Assembly: GCA_946553095.1 (NCBI GenBank)
Contig: CAMNRN010000001.1
Coordinates: forward strand, 1 to 56,898
DNA: 56,898 nucleotides
From: an uncultured Mycoplasmatota bacterium
Lineage (GTDB): Bacteria > Bacillota_I > Bacilli_A > RF39 > UBA660
Direction of reading: 5' to 3'
The stretch's first letter is position 1. Each line of letters opens with the position of its first letter. This document shows positions 49,467 to 56,898 of this stretch, in pieces. The position numbers and the translations under genes were made by a program. The notes beneath the pieces were generated by a model that worked only from the letters and a program-made list of their open reading frames with translations, was not told the DNA's origin and ran no database searches.

Positions 49467-49497
49467 AGATTAGACAAACTGTTCTAATCTTTTTTTT
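49467..49497 (+). terminator. Rho-independent terminator after the endolysin gene (right edge of island)
   Basis: AGATTAGA-N8-TCTAATCT hairpin followed by T7. Confidence 0.7.
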
Positions 49498-49526
49498 GCG
49501 TCATATACTTAGTTAGGTGAATACTC

Positions 49527-50318
49527 ATGTACATAAAAAAAGGGGATTATGTAACCAGAGACAGTTATAACAACGACACAATATTTAAAGTAATTAAAAT
49601 TCATGATGGAATCTGTTATCTAAAAGGAGTCGAAGTACGACTTTATGCGGATAGCCCAGAAAGAGACTTAAAACTATATAAGAATGAAGATAAAGAGCTA
49701 AAAATAGATGGTGAAGAAGTAGACGATTTAGAAATAAAAGACAAATTATTAAATCGAGCTGATTATTTCTATCTGCCAGCCAAAATTCTTCATATTGATG
49801 GCGACGAAGAGTATTTAAATCGTTGTCTCAAATTTTATAAAAAAAACGGTATATTAGCCATAGGAAAAAAAATCAATGAAAAACACATCTACGAGCAGAT
49901 GAAAGGTTTGCTTTTAGAATATAAACCAGACATTGTTATAATCACTGGTCATGATGCATTTTATGCCAAAAAAGGAAACGCAGAAGATCTAGCTAATTAT
50001 AAAAATTCCGAAAATTTCATCAAAGCCATTAAGGTAGCTCGCAATGTTGAAAAAAGTCATGATAAATTAGTAATAATTGCTGGTGCATGTCAAAGTAATT
50101 ATGAAGAACTAATCAAAGCTGGAGCTAATTTTGCCTCAAGTCCCAAAAGAGTCAATATTCATGCTCTTGATCCTGCTATAATTGCATGTACCATTGCCTT
50201 AACTGAAAGAAATAAAGAGATTGATCTTGTAGATTTACTAAACAAAACAAAATATAAAGAGGAAGGAATGGGTGGATTAATCTGCAATGGTCTCATGTAT
50301 GTGGGATATCCGAGATAA
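49527..50318 (+). CDS. yabG: Sporulation-specific protease YabG
   Basis: LHIDGDEEYL, IVIITGHDA and AGACQSNYEELIKAGANFASSPKRVNIHALDP closely match B. subtilis YabG. Confidence 0.9.
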   Translation: MYIKKGDYVTRDSYNNDTIFKVIKIHDGICYLKGVEVRLYADSPERDLKLYKNEDKELKIDGEEVDDLEIKDKLLNRADYFYLPAKILHIDGDEEYLNRCLKFYKKNGILAIGKKINEKHIYEQMKGLLLEYKPDIVIITGHDAFYAKKGNAEDLANYKNSENFIKAIKVARNVEKSHDKLVIIAGACQSNYEELIKAGANFASSPKRVNIHALDPAIIACTIALTERNKEIDLVDLLNKTKYKEEGMGGLICNGLMYVGYPR

Positions 50319-50327
50319 GGGGGAACT

Positions 50328-50540
50328 ATGAATATAAATATTGTTAAGGAAGATTTAGCCAAAAAAATCAATCGAAAAGTAATTGTATCAGTCCACGGTA
50401 TGCGTAATCGCACCAGCCGTTTTGAAGGACAAATATACAAAGTATATCCAAATATATTCACCGTTTTAGTAAATGGTGAAGAAAAAAGTTTTACATATCG
50501 AGATATTATTACCGGAGAAGTAAAAATAAAATACTTATAA
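50328..50540 (+). CDS. veg: Veg protein
   Basis: 70 aa. The pattern ..G.I...YPNIFTV......SFTY.DI..G is typical of Veg. Follows yabG as in Bacillus. Confidence 0.8.
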   Translation: MNINIVKEDLAKKINRKVIVSVHGMRNRTSRFEGQIYKVYPNIFTVLVNGEEKSFTYRDIITGEVKIKYL

Positions 50541-50642
50541 AATCCGAAGTATTTGACGAAGTTTACAAAAATTATTAATTTTTTGTTGCAAAATATTATT
50601 TTTTATCTTACAATGATATTATCAACATAAAGGAGAGTTTAC

Positions 50643-50900
50643 ATGGAAATTACAAATGTTAAGGTTTTTAAAACCAATGGTGAAGACAGTAAAATGAAAG
50701 GATATGCAACAGTTACATTAGATGATTGCTTTGTTGTAAGAAATTTAAGAATCATCCAAGGTGACGAAAGACTATTCGTAGCAATGCCTAGCCGTAAAAA
50801 AGCTGATGGAGAATACGAAGATGTCGTACATCCAACCAATGCTGAAACAAGAAAAATGTTTGAAGAAAAAATTCTAGAAGAATATAATCGTGCTGAATAA
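50643..50900 (+). CDS. spoVG: Septation protein SpoVG
   Basis: MEITNVKVFK...KGYATVTLDDCFVVRNLRIIQGDERLFVAMPSRK, canonical SpoVG. Confidence 0.95.
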   Translation: MEITNVKVFKTNGEDSKMKGYATVTLDDCFVVRNLRIIQGDERLFVAMPSRKKADGEYEDVVHPTNAETRKMFEEKILEEYNRAE

Positions 50901-50911
50901 TATACGTTTAT

Positions 50912-50934
50912 AGTTGGAAATATCCAACTTTTTT
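50912..50934 (+). terminator. Rho-independent terminator after spoVG
   Basis: AGTTGGA-AATA-TCCAACT hairpin followed by T5. Confidence 0.65.
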
Positions 50935-50998
50935 CTTTGCCCAAAATAAACAATCATAAATTTTTATAAGTAACATAAATTTTTATAGGAGGCATAAT

Positions 50999-51280
50999 AT
51001 GAATGATAGTATTACATTTGGCAGTCAAGAAATAAAAATGATCGATCGTAGTTCCATAAGTTTAACTGGAGTAAGTAAAATAGTGAGTTTTGATGATGAG
51101 GAATTTTTGATGGAATCAAACATGGGGAATATTCGTCTTCTAGGAGAATCACTCGAACTTCTAAAACTCGACACAAACGAAGGAAATGTTAAAATAAAAG
51201 GCAAAATTAATTCTTTTACATACCTAGATGGAAAACTAAAAAATAAAGAAGAAAGTATGATTGCCAAGTTATTCAAATAA
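50999..51280 (+). CDS. yabP: Sporulation protein YabP
   Basis: 93 aa. The SLTGVSKIVSFDDEEFLMESNMGNIRLLGESLELLKLD pattern is typical of YabP/YqfC. Confidence 0.85.
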   Translation: MNDSITFGSQEIKMIDRSSISLTGVSKIVSFDDEEFLMESNMGNIRLLGESLELLKLDTNEGNVKIKGKINSFTYLDGKLKNKEESMIAKLFK

Positions 51281-51582
51281 TGAACAGTTTAACTCAATTA
51301 TATATCTTGTTTATCTCATTCATATACGGAAATATATTTTTCTTAATAGCAAAATACAATTTATATATAATAAAAAAACTGCATGTCTTTTTAAAATATT
51401 TAATTACCCTTATATTTATTATTGATTTAGTGATTGTCTATATTTATATTATATATAAAATAAATCATGGCATATTTCATATCTACTTTTTAATTCTTAT
51501 CAGTCTAGGTTATATATACATGTGTATAATCTATCCCAAAATAGTAAAATTATGTCAAAAAATCAAAAATAAAAAGAGATAG
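51280..51582 (+). CDS. yabQ: Spore cortex biosynthesis protein YabQ
   Basis: 100-aa polytopic membrane protein, translationally coupled to yabP (TAATG). Confidence 0.7.
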   Translation: MNSLTQLYILFISFIYGNIFFLIAKYNLYIIKKLHVFLKYLITLIFIIDLVIVYIYIIYKINHGIFHIYFLILISLGYIYMCIIYPKIVKLCQKIKNKKR

Positions 51583-51635
51583 ACTATAAAATTTGTTTAG
51601 TTCGTGCTATAATGACCCAAAAGGTGGCTAGTGAA

Positions 51636-51920
51636 ATGAAACGGACAAAAAAACAAACTAAAAGATTGATTTTAATCTCAGGATCGATCATTGCATTATT
51701 AACATTATTAGTGACCTCAGTATCTAAAGATTGGACAGCTATCTTAGAAAATAACAAAAAAATCAGTCAATTGACTGAAGAATATGAGACTCTTCTCACT
51801 GAAGAAGAAAAACTAAAAAGTGAAGTAACTAAACTTCAAGACTCAGACTATGTAGCTAGATATGCTAAGGAAAAGTTTTTATACTCTCAATCGGGAGAAA
51901 CAATAATAAGAATGGATTAA
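51636..51920 (+). CDS. divIC: Septum formation initiator DivIC/FtsB family
   Basis: Basic N-terminus, single TM, coiled coil and DSDYVARYAKEKFLYSQSGETII. ATG at 51636 follows AAGGTGG. The ORF-track start is 51612. Confidence 0.8.
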   Translation: MKRTKKQTKRLILISGSIIALLTLLVTSVSKDWTAILENNKKISQLTEEYETLLTEEEKLKSEVTKLQDSDYVARYAKEKFLYSQSGETIIRMD

Positions 51921-51933
51921 AAAAGTTGGAAAA

Positions 51934-52479
51934 TTAAATTTTTCCAGCTTCTTTTAAAATTATCTTAAATTCATCTAAATTATGAGCAACTTTAAAGTAA
52001 TCAAATATAGAATTGTTATTAAACCCGCGATCCACCAAATCTAGAATTAAAGCTAAAGTTGAATCAAAATGGTGATTTTCATCATAAATAATTAACAATT
52101 TATTGGCATCATTACTTCTAATTTCTTCTAAATGGGCAAAAAACTCAGAAATAGTTCCCGTTCCTCCAGCAAGACAAATAATAATCTCGGCATCATAAAA
52201 AATATCTTTTTTTAAATCATAAGTAGTGTCAAGTATTTTATGATCAGCATCAGTTAGATTTTTTAAATCATCTTGGTATTTCTTTGTAGTATATCCATGA
52301 ACCAACTTATTGGCCTCCACAAAAGTATCATAGCAAATTCCCATTATGGATATAGAACAAGCACCCCAACAAAGTTCAGCATTAGGAATAGTAACCAAAT
52401 AATCTAGTAATGTTTTTGCCGATATTTTATATTCATCAGCTATATTATCATTGGAAGATGAACAAATCGTAATTTTCAT
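51934..52479 (-). CDS. LOG-family (TIGR00730-like) nucleotide-binding protein
   Basis: GGTGTISEF corresponds to the PGGxGTxxE LOG motif. ATG at 52479 follows AAGGAGG. Confidence 0.65.
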   Translation of the reverse strand: MKITICSSSNDNIADEYKISAKTLLDYLVTIPNAELCWGACSISIMGICYDTFVEANKLVHGYTTKKYQDDLKNLTDADHKILDTTYDLKKDIFYDAEIIICLAGGTGTISEFFAHLEEIRSNDANKLLIIYDENHHFDSTLALILDLVDRGFNNNSIFDYFKVAHNLDEFKIILKEAGKI

Positions 52480-52518
52480 AGCAACCTCCTTTATCACCAT
52501 TATAACAAAAAATTACTT

Positions 52519-53103
52519 CTAATTTACATTAGAAGTAATAATTGTATCAATTAATCCATAATTTAGTGCTTCTTCTGCCGATAAAAAGTTATCTCTTTCG
52601 GTATCAAGCGCAATCTTTTCTATATCTTGACCAGTATTTTGGGCTAATATTGAATTCAACTTATCTTTAAGTTTTATTATTCTTTCTGCTGCTATTTTAA
52701 TATCGGTTGCCTGTCCTTGAGCCCCACCCAAAGGTTGATGAATCATAACCTCTGCATTAGGAAGGGCACATCTTTTTCCTTTAGTTCCGCTAGAAAGAAG
52801 AAAAGCAGCCATCGAAGCAGACATTCCTAGCGAAATAGTTCTAACATCACTTTTAATAAAATTCATCGTATCATAAATTGACATTCCCGATGTAATACTT
52901 CCCCCAGGACTATTAATATAAAGAGAAATATCTTCATGATTAATATTATCAAGATATAGTAATTCACTAATAACAATATTAGCATTTGCATCATTAATTT
53001 CTCCTACTAAAAAAACAATCCGATCTTTTAAAAGCCTAGAATATAAATCATAAGCATACTCTTTATTACTAGTTTTTTCAATAACAGTTGGAACCATGTT
53101 CAT
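52519..53103 (-). CDS. clpP: ATP-dependent Clp protease proteolytic subunit
   Basis: Catalytic context GMSASMAA (Ser) and MIHQPLGG (His). ATG at 53103 follows AGGTGA. The ORF-track GTG is at 53112. Confidence 0.95.
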   Translation of the reverse strand: MNMVPTVIEKTSNKEYAYDLYSRLLKDRIVFLVGEINDANANIVISELLYLDNINHEDISLYINSPGGSITSGMSIYDTMNFIKSDVRTISLGMSASMAAFLLSSGTKGKRCALPNAEVMIHQPLGGAQGQATDIKIAAERIIKLKDKLNSILAQNTGQDIEKIALDTERDNFLSAEEALNYGLIDTIITSNVN

Positions 53104-53350
53104 TTTTTTCACCTATAAATATAATAGTAAAAAACATGATACTTTATTCAAAAAAGACAAAATAATTTGAGAAAATCTGATATAACGATAAAATATGAGA
53201 AAAAGCAAGAATATTCTTAATATAAGAAGTTTCCTCTTTATTACAAATATGTGAAAAACAAAAGACATAAACTTGACAATCTTCTTCAAAAAATGTTTTC
53301 TCCAAAAATAAATTTTATGTTATAATTTAAAAAGAATAAGAGGAAATGCT

Positions 53351-54997
53351 ATGGATACAGTAACAATAACATTTGAAAATATAAATCATGAATATCAAGT
53401 AGGCACAAATTACTATACAATTAGTAAGGATAGTCAAAATATTTCGAATATAGTTGGAGTAAGAATCAAAAATGAAGTATATTCTCTAGATAGAGTGCCT
53501 AGGAAAAATGAAGAAGTAGAATTTATCAATTATACGGATTTAATTGGAAATAAAATTTATAAAGCTGGTTTAAAATTTGTCTTTCAAGTTGCTCTTGCTG
53601 AACTATATCCTGGACTTGACATTATCTATGCTCACAGTGTCCCTAGAGGAATGCTTGGCACCATCACCGGTGATAAAATCTTAACAGGTGATGACATAAG
53701 TAAAATCAAGGCTAAAATGACTGAAATAATTTTAAATAATGAACAGATCGAAAAATTAAATCTTCATCCCAAAGAAGCCATCAAGTATTATAAAAAGATT
53801 AATGAAGAAGAAAAAGCTGACAATGTTCAAAACATTAATGATCGTGTCGTAACTCTTTATAAACTTCGTGATAAAATAAATTATTTTTATTCTTTAATGC
53901 CTTACAGCACTAGCGTTTTAAATAAATTTGAACTAGTCTACTTAGGAAAAAATAATATTATTTTCTTATACCCTAGCAAAAGAACAAACGGTGCAGTTCC
54001 TGAGTATGTTCATTACGACAATATTATTGATTCCTTTTGTAATGGAAAAAAATGGTTAGAAAATTTAGACATGCCTTATGTAACAGATTTAAATAGAACA
54101 ATAAAAACTGGAGGAATAAAAGAATTCATCCGTTCTAATGAAATTATCTTCAATTTAGAAATCGCCCGTATCGCCGAAAAATTTCAACAAAACAAAGATA
54201 TCAAGTTTTTAATGATCGCGGGTCCATCCTCATCTGGAAAAACGACAACTACATCGCGTATTAGTTCTTATTTGAGCTCATATGGTTTTGAGCCGATAAA
54301 AATATCTTTAGATGACTATTTTGTTGATAAAGTTGATACACCTTTAGACGAAGACGGAAATTATGACTTCGAATGTTTAGAGGCTATTGATATAAAGAAA
54401 TTCAATGAAGATTTAAATAAACTATTAAATCATGAAGAAGTAACTTTGCCAAAATATAATTTTATCACTGGAAAAAGGGAAGAAAGTAGAGCGAAAGTCA
54501 AACTAACGGAAAAAAGTGTTTTCTTAATTGAAGGCCTACATGCTCTAAATGATGAATTAACAAAAGAAATAGAAAATAAGTATAAATATAAAATATATTT
54601 AAGTCCTTTTATTCCTCTTAACATTGATCGACACAATTACATCTCAACTTTAGATTTGCGATTGTTAAGAAGAATAATTAGAGATAATCGGACCCGAGGA
54701 TATGATGTCTCTAAAACAATAGATATATGGCAAAGTGTTCGGCATGGTGAAGAAAAGTACATTTTCCCATATATTCATCAAGCTGATGCTATCATTAATA
54801 CGGCATTAGCATATGAAGTAGGGGTAATAAAAGTTTTTGTTGAACCTCTTCTTTACTCGGTAGGAGTTGACTCTATCTATTATGAAGAGGCAAGACGCTT
54901 ATTAGACTTTTTAAAGCAATTTTTCCCAATCCCGGGAGAATACGTAACGGATGAATCAATATTAAGAGAATTTATAGGAGGAAAATATAATGATTAG
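53351..54997 (+). CDS. Uridine-kinase-family nucleoside kinase with ThrRS-like N-terminal domains
   Basis: 548 aa. P-loop MIAGPSSSGKTTT in a PRK/uridine-kinase-like C-terminal half. The long N-terminal region is of the TGS/SAD-like type seen in clostridial homologues. Confidence 0.55.
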   Translation: MDTVTITFENINHEYQVGTNYYTISKDSQNISNIVGVRIKNEVYSLDRVPRKNEEVEFINYTDLIGNKIYKAGLKFVFQVALAELYPGLDIIYAHSVPRGMLGTITGDKILTGDDISKIKAKMTEIILNNEQIEKLNLHPKEAIKYYKKINEEEKADNVQNINDRVVTLYKLRDKINYFYSLMPYSTSVLNKFELVYLGKNNIIFLYPSKRTNGAVPEYVHYDNIIDSFCNGKKWLENLDMPYVTDLNRTIKTGGIKEFIRSNEIIFNLEIARIAEKFQQNKDIKFLMIAGPSSSGKTTTTSRISSYLSSYGFEPIKISLDDYFVDKVDTPLDEDGNYDFECLEAIDIKKFNEDLNKLLNHEEVTLPKYNFITGKREESRAKVKLTEKSVFLIEGLHALNDELTKEIENKYKYKIYLSPFIPLNIDRHNYISTLDLRLLRRIIRDNRTRGYDVSKTIDIWQSVRHGEEKYIFPYIHQADAIINTALAYEVGVIKVFVEPLLYSVGVDSIYYEEARRLLDFLKQFFPIPGEYVTDESILREFIGGKYND

Positions 54998-55997
54998 AGT
55001 TGCAATTAATGGTTTTGGAAGAATAGGAAGATTGGCCTTTCGGCAAATAATGACCCAAACGGGTTTTGATATCATCGCAATTAATGATTTAACAGAAGCT
55101 GAAGACTTAGCATACTTAGTAAAGTATGATACCGTTCATGGATCTTTCCATGAGGATCAAATCACTTACGAAGGAAATGAAATTATCGTTGCTGGCAAAA
55201 AACGTGTCAAAGTGTTTAGTGAAAAAGACCCAGCAAATTTGCCTTGGAAAGATTTGGATATTGATTTAGTATTAGAATGTACAGGAAAATTCACTTCTGT
55301 TGAAGATGCTAATCAACATATAAATGCTGGGGCAAAGAAAGTTTTAATATCTGCTCCTGGAAAAGGATTGATGAAGACAATCGTATATGGTGTAAACGAT
55401 CAAGAATTAAGTGAAAGTGATAAAATTGTTTCTGCTGCAAGTTGTACGACGAACTGTTTAGCGCCAGTATTAAAAATAATTGAAGATCATATAGGAATCA
55501 AAAAAGGATTTATGACCACGGTTCATGCCTATACTAATGATCAAGCTACTCTTGACATAGCGCACAAAAAAGGGATCCGTGCTCGTCGTGGGCGTGCGTG
55601 TGCCCAAAATATTGTTCCATCATCAACTGGGGCAGCCAAAGCTATAGGTTTAGTCATTCCAGAATTAAAAGGAAAATTAGATGGAGGAGCCTTCCGTGTA
55701 CCGGTTGCAGATGGATCAATGATTGATGTTACTTTAGAATTAAAGAAAAATACATCTGTTGAAGAAATCAATTCCTTATTTCAAAACAATCAGAGTGATA
55801 CTTTAAAATTTACTTTAGACCCTGTTGTATCTAGTGATATAATTGGCAAAAAATATGGAGCATTAGTGGATGGTTTATCGACTAATATCGTAGAAAGCGA
55901 TGAAAGTCAGTTAATAAAAATCGTGGCATGGTACGATAATGAATTTGGCTATACTGCCCAAATGCTTAGAACAGCCAAAAAAATGTTTGAAGAATAG
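54990..55997 (+). CDS. gap: Glyceraldehyde-3-phosphate dehydrogenase
   Basis: INGFGRIGR NAD motif and active site SCTTNCLAP. 335 aa. Confidence 0.96.
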   Translation: MIRVAINGFGRIGRLAFRQIMTQTGFDIIAINDLTEAEDLAYLVKYDTVHGSFHEDQITYEGNEIIVAGKKRVKVFSEKDPANLPWKDLDIDLVLECTGKFTSVEDANQHINAGAKKVLISAPGKGLMKTIVYGVNDQELSESDKIVSAASCTTNCLAPVLKIIEDHIGIKKGFMTTVHAYTNDQATLDIAHKKGIRARRGRACAQNIVPSSTGAAKAIGLVIPELKGKLDGGAFRVPVADGSMIDVTLELKKNTSVEEINSLFQNNQSDTLKFTLDPVVSSDIIGKKYGALVDGLSTNIVESDESQLIKIVAWYDNEFGYTAQMLRTAKKMFEE

Positions 55998-56063
55998 TCA
56001 TAACAAAATCTTTAATGATTTTGTTTTTTCTGCTATAATTTTAATATAAAGGAGATATGTAAT

Positions 56064-56898
56064 ATGAATAAAATAAATGATTTAGATCTAAAAGATAAAA
56101 AAGTTGTAATTCGACTTGATTATAACGTGCCAATCCATGATGGTAAAATAACTGATAATTCAAAAATTGTAAAAAGTATACCAACACTTAAATACTTATT
56201 AAACAATAATTGCCGAATAACAATTCTAAGCCATCTAGGACGTGTAAAGAGTGAAGAAGATAAACTCAAAAATAGTTTAAATCTCATCGCCAAAGAATTA
56301 GCAAATTTAATTGAAAAACCGGTTAAATTTATTGATGCTTGCTATGGAAAAAAAGTAAGTGATCTTGTAAATGAATCAACCAATGGCGAAATTATATTAT
56401 TAGAAAACACGCGACACATGGATTATCCTGAAAAATTAGAAAGCAAAAATGATTTAGACTTAGCTAAATTTTGGGCAAGCCTAGGAGACATCTACATAAA
56501 TGATGCATTTGGCTCTCTTCACCGTGCTCATTCTTCGACCGCTGGCATAGCTAAATATTTACCTCATGCCATAGGTCTTTTAGTTGAAAATGAATTGAGC
56601 AACTTAAACATATTAATTGAAAATACCCCGCATCCTTTTACTGTTTTTATGGGAGGAGCTAAAGTAGATGACAAAATTAAAATCATTTCATCTCTTCTAC
56701 CTAAATGTGATGCTTTATTACTTGGTGGTGGTATAGCTAATTCATTTTTAAAAGCTAAAAAAGCTAATATTGGTTCTAGTCTTGCCACAGATGATCCTAA
56801 AATATTAGAAGAATTAAATCAACTAATGGAAAAATATAAGGGCAAAATAATACTACCTATAGATTTTGTTATTGATGATGGCATAATCTACGACATCG
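56064..56898 (+). CDS. pgk: Phosphoglycerate kinase (3'-truncated by window end)
   Basis: Hand translation from ATG at 56064 after AAGGAG gives MNKINDLDLKDKKVVIRLDYNVP...SHLGR...NDAFGSLHRAHSST...GGAKVDDKI. It has no stop before the window end, so it is absent from the ORF track. Confidence 0.9.
   Translation, partial: MNKINDLDLKDKKVVIRLDYNVPIHDGKITDNSKIVKSIPTLKYLLNNNCRITILSHLGRVKSEEDKLKNSLNLIAKELANLIEKPVKFIDACYGKKVSDLVNESTNGEIILLENTRHMDYPEKLESKNDLDLAKFWASLGDIYINDAFGSLHRAHSSTAGIAKYLPHAIGLLVENELSNLNILIENTPHPFTVFMGGAKVDDKIKIISSLLPKCDALLLGGGIANSFLKAKKANIGSSLATDDPKILEELNQLMEKYKGKIILPIDFVIDDGIIYDI

Noticed and set aside
53113-53350. CtsR operator or CIRCE element upstream of clpP
   Set aside because: No GGTCAAA direct repeat or TTAGCACTC-N9-GAGTGCTAA was seen. 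Only an AAGAATATTCTT palindrome of unknown meaning is present.
1-56898. Mollicutes-type genetic code (TGA as Trp), suggested by the very low GC content
   Set aside because: TGA terminates well-conserved genes at the expected length (rpoE, tadA, recF). Conserved Trp positions use TGG. A PBP and sporulation genes indicate a walled Firmicute.

Overview
This window is the chromosomal replication-origin region of a visibly AT-rich, cell-walled, spore-forming Firmicute. It uses the standard genetic code: TGA terminates rpoE and tadA, and Trp is TGG.

Gene order:
- Left of oriC, mostly minus strand: rpoE, argS, a DUF1934 gene, a class A PBP (plus strand), a thioredoxin-like gene, a membrane XRE regulator, one ParB-family gene that looks Noc-like, rsmG, mnmG, mnmE, a small XRE gene, jag, yidC, rnpA and rpmH.
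- oriC is bipartite, with DnaA-box clusters on both sides of dnaA.
- Right of oriC, plus strand: dnaA, dnaN, a ComK-like gene, recF, gyrB, gyrA. Then a gene-free block with five perfect parS palindromes, small SRP RNA (ffs), tadA, dnaX, ybaB, recR, bofA, holB, ricT, trmN6, pth, mfd, spoVT, a Met T-box leader with metG, tatD, a 3D-domain gene and rsmA.
- An accessory island of about 10-11 kb (38.5/39.5 to 49.5 kb) interrupts the Bacillus-type rsmA-yabG adjacency.
- Core genes resume: yabG, veg, spoVG, yabP, yabQ, divIC, a LOG-family gene and clpP (minus strand), a uridine-kinase-like gene, gap and partial pgk.
- No rRNA, tRNA, CRISPR array, integrase or transposase was recognised.

The island contains a membrane MerR regulator coupled to ybjQ, a stand-alone phage tail-fibre-like ORF and a split small HTH gene. 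It also carries a 1992-aa RHS/YD-repeat toxin with no recognisable export signal, an immunity candidate, a Hol118-like holin, small orphan ORFs and an NlpC/P60 endolysin.

Most interesting observations:
1. The RHS toxin, immunity candidate, holin and endolysin lie on one strand. This suggests phage-lysis-cassette (type-10-like) release of a polymorphic toxin.
2. Five exact parS sites form a bounded cassette. The only ParB-family gene in the window has Noc-type specificity residues, no N-terminal amphipathic helix and a roughly 135-aa linker insertion.
3. An identical 18-mer that matches the Noc-binding site at 15 of 16 positions occurs twice.
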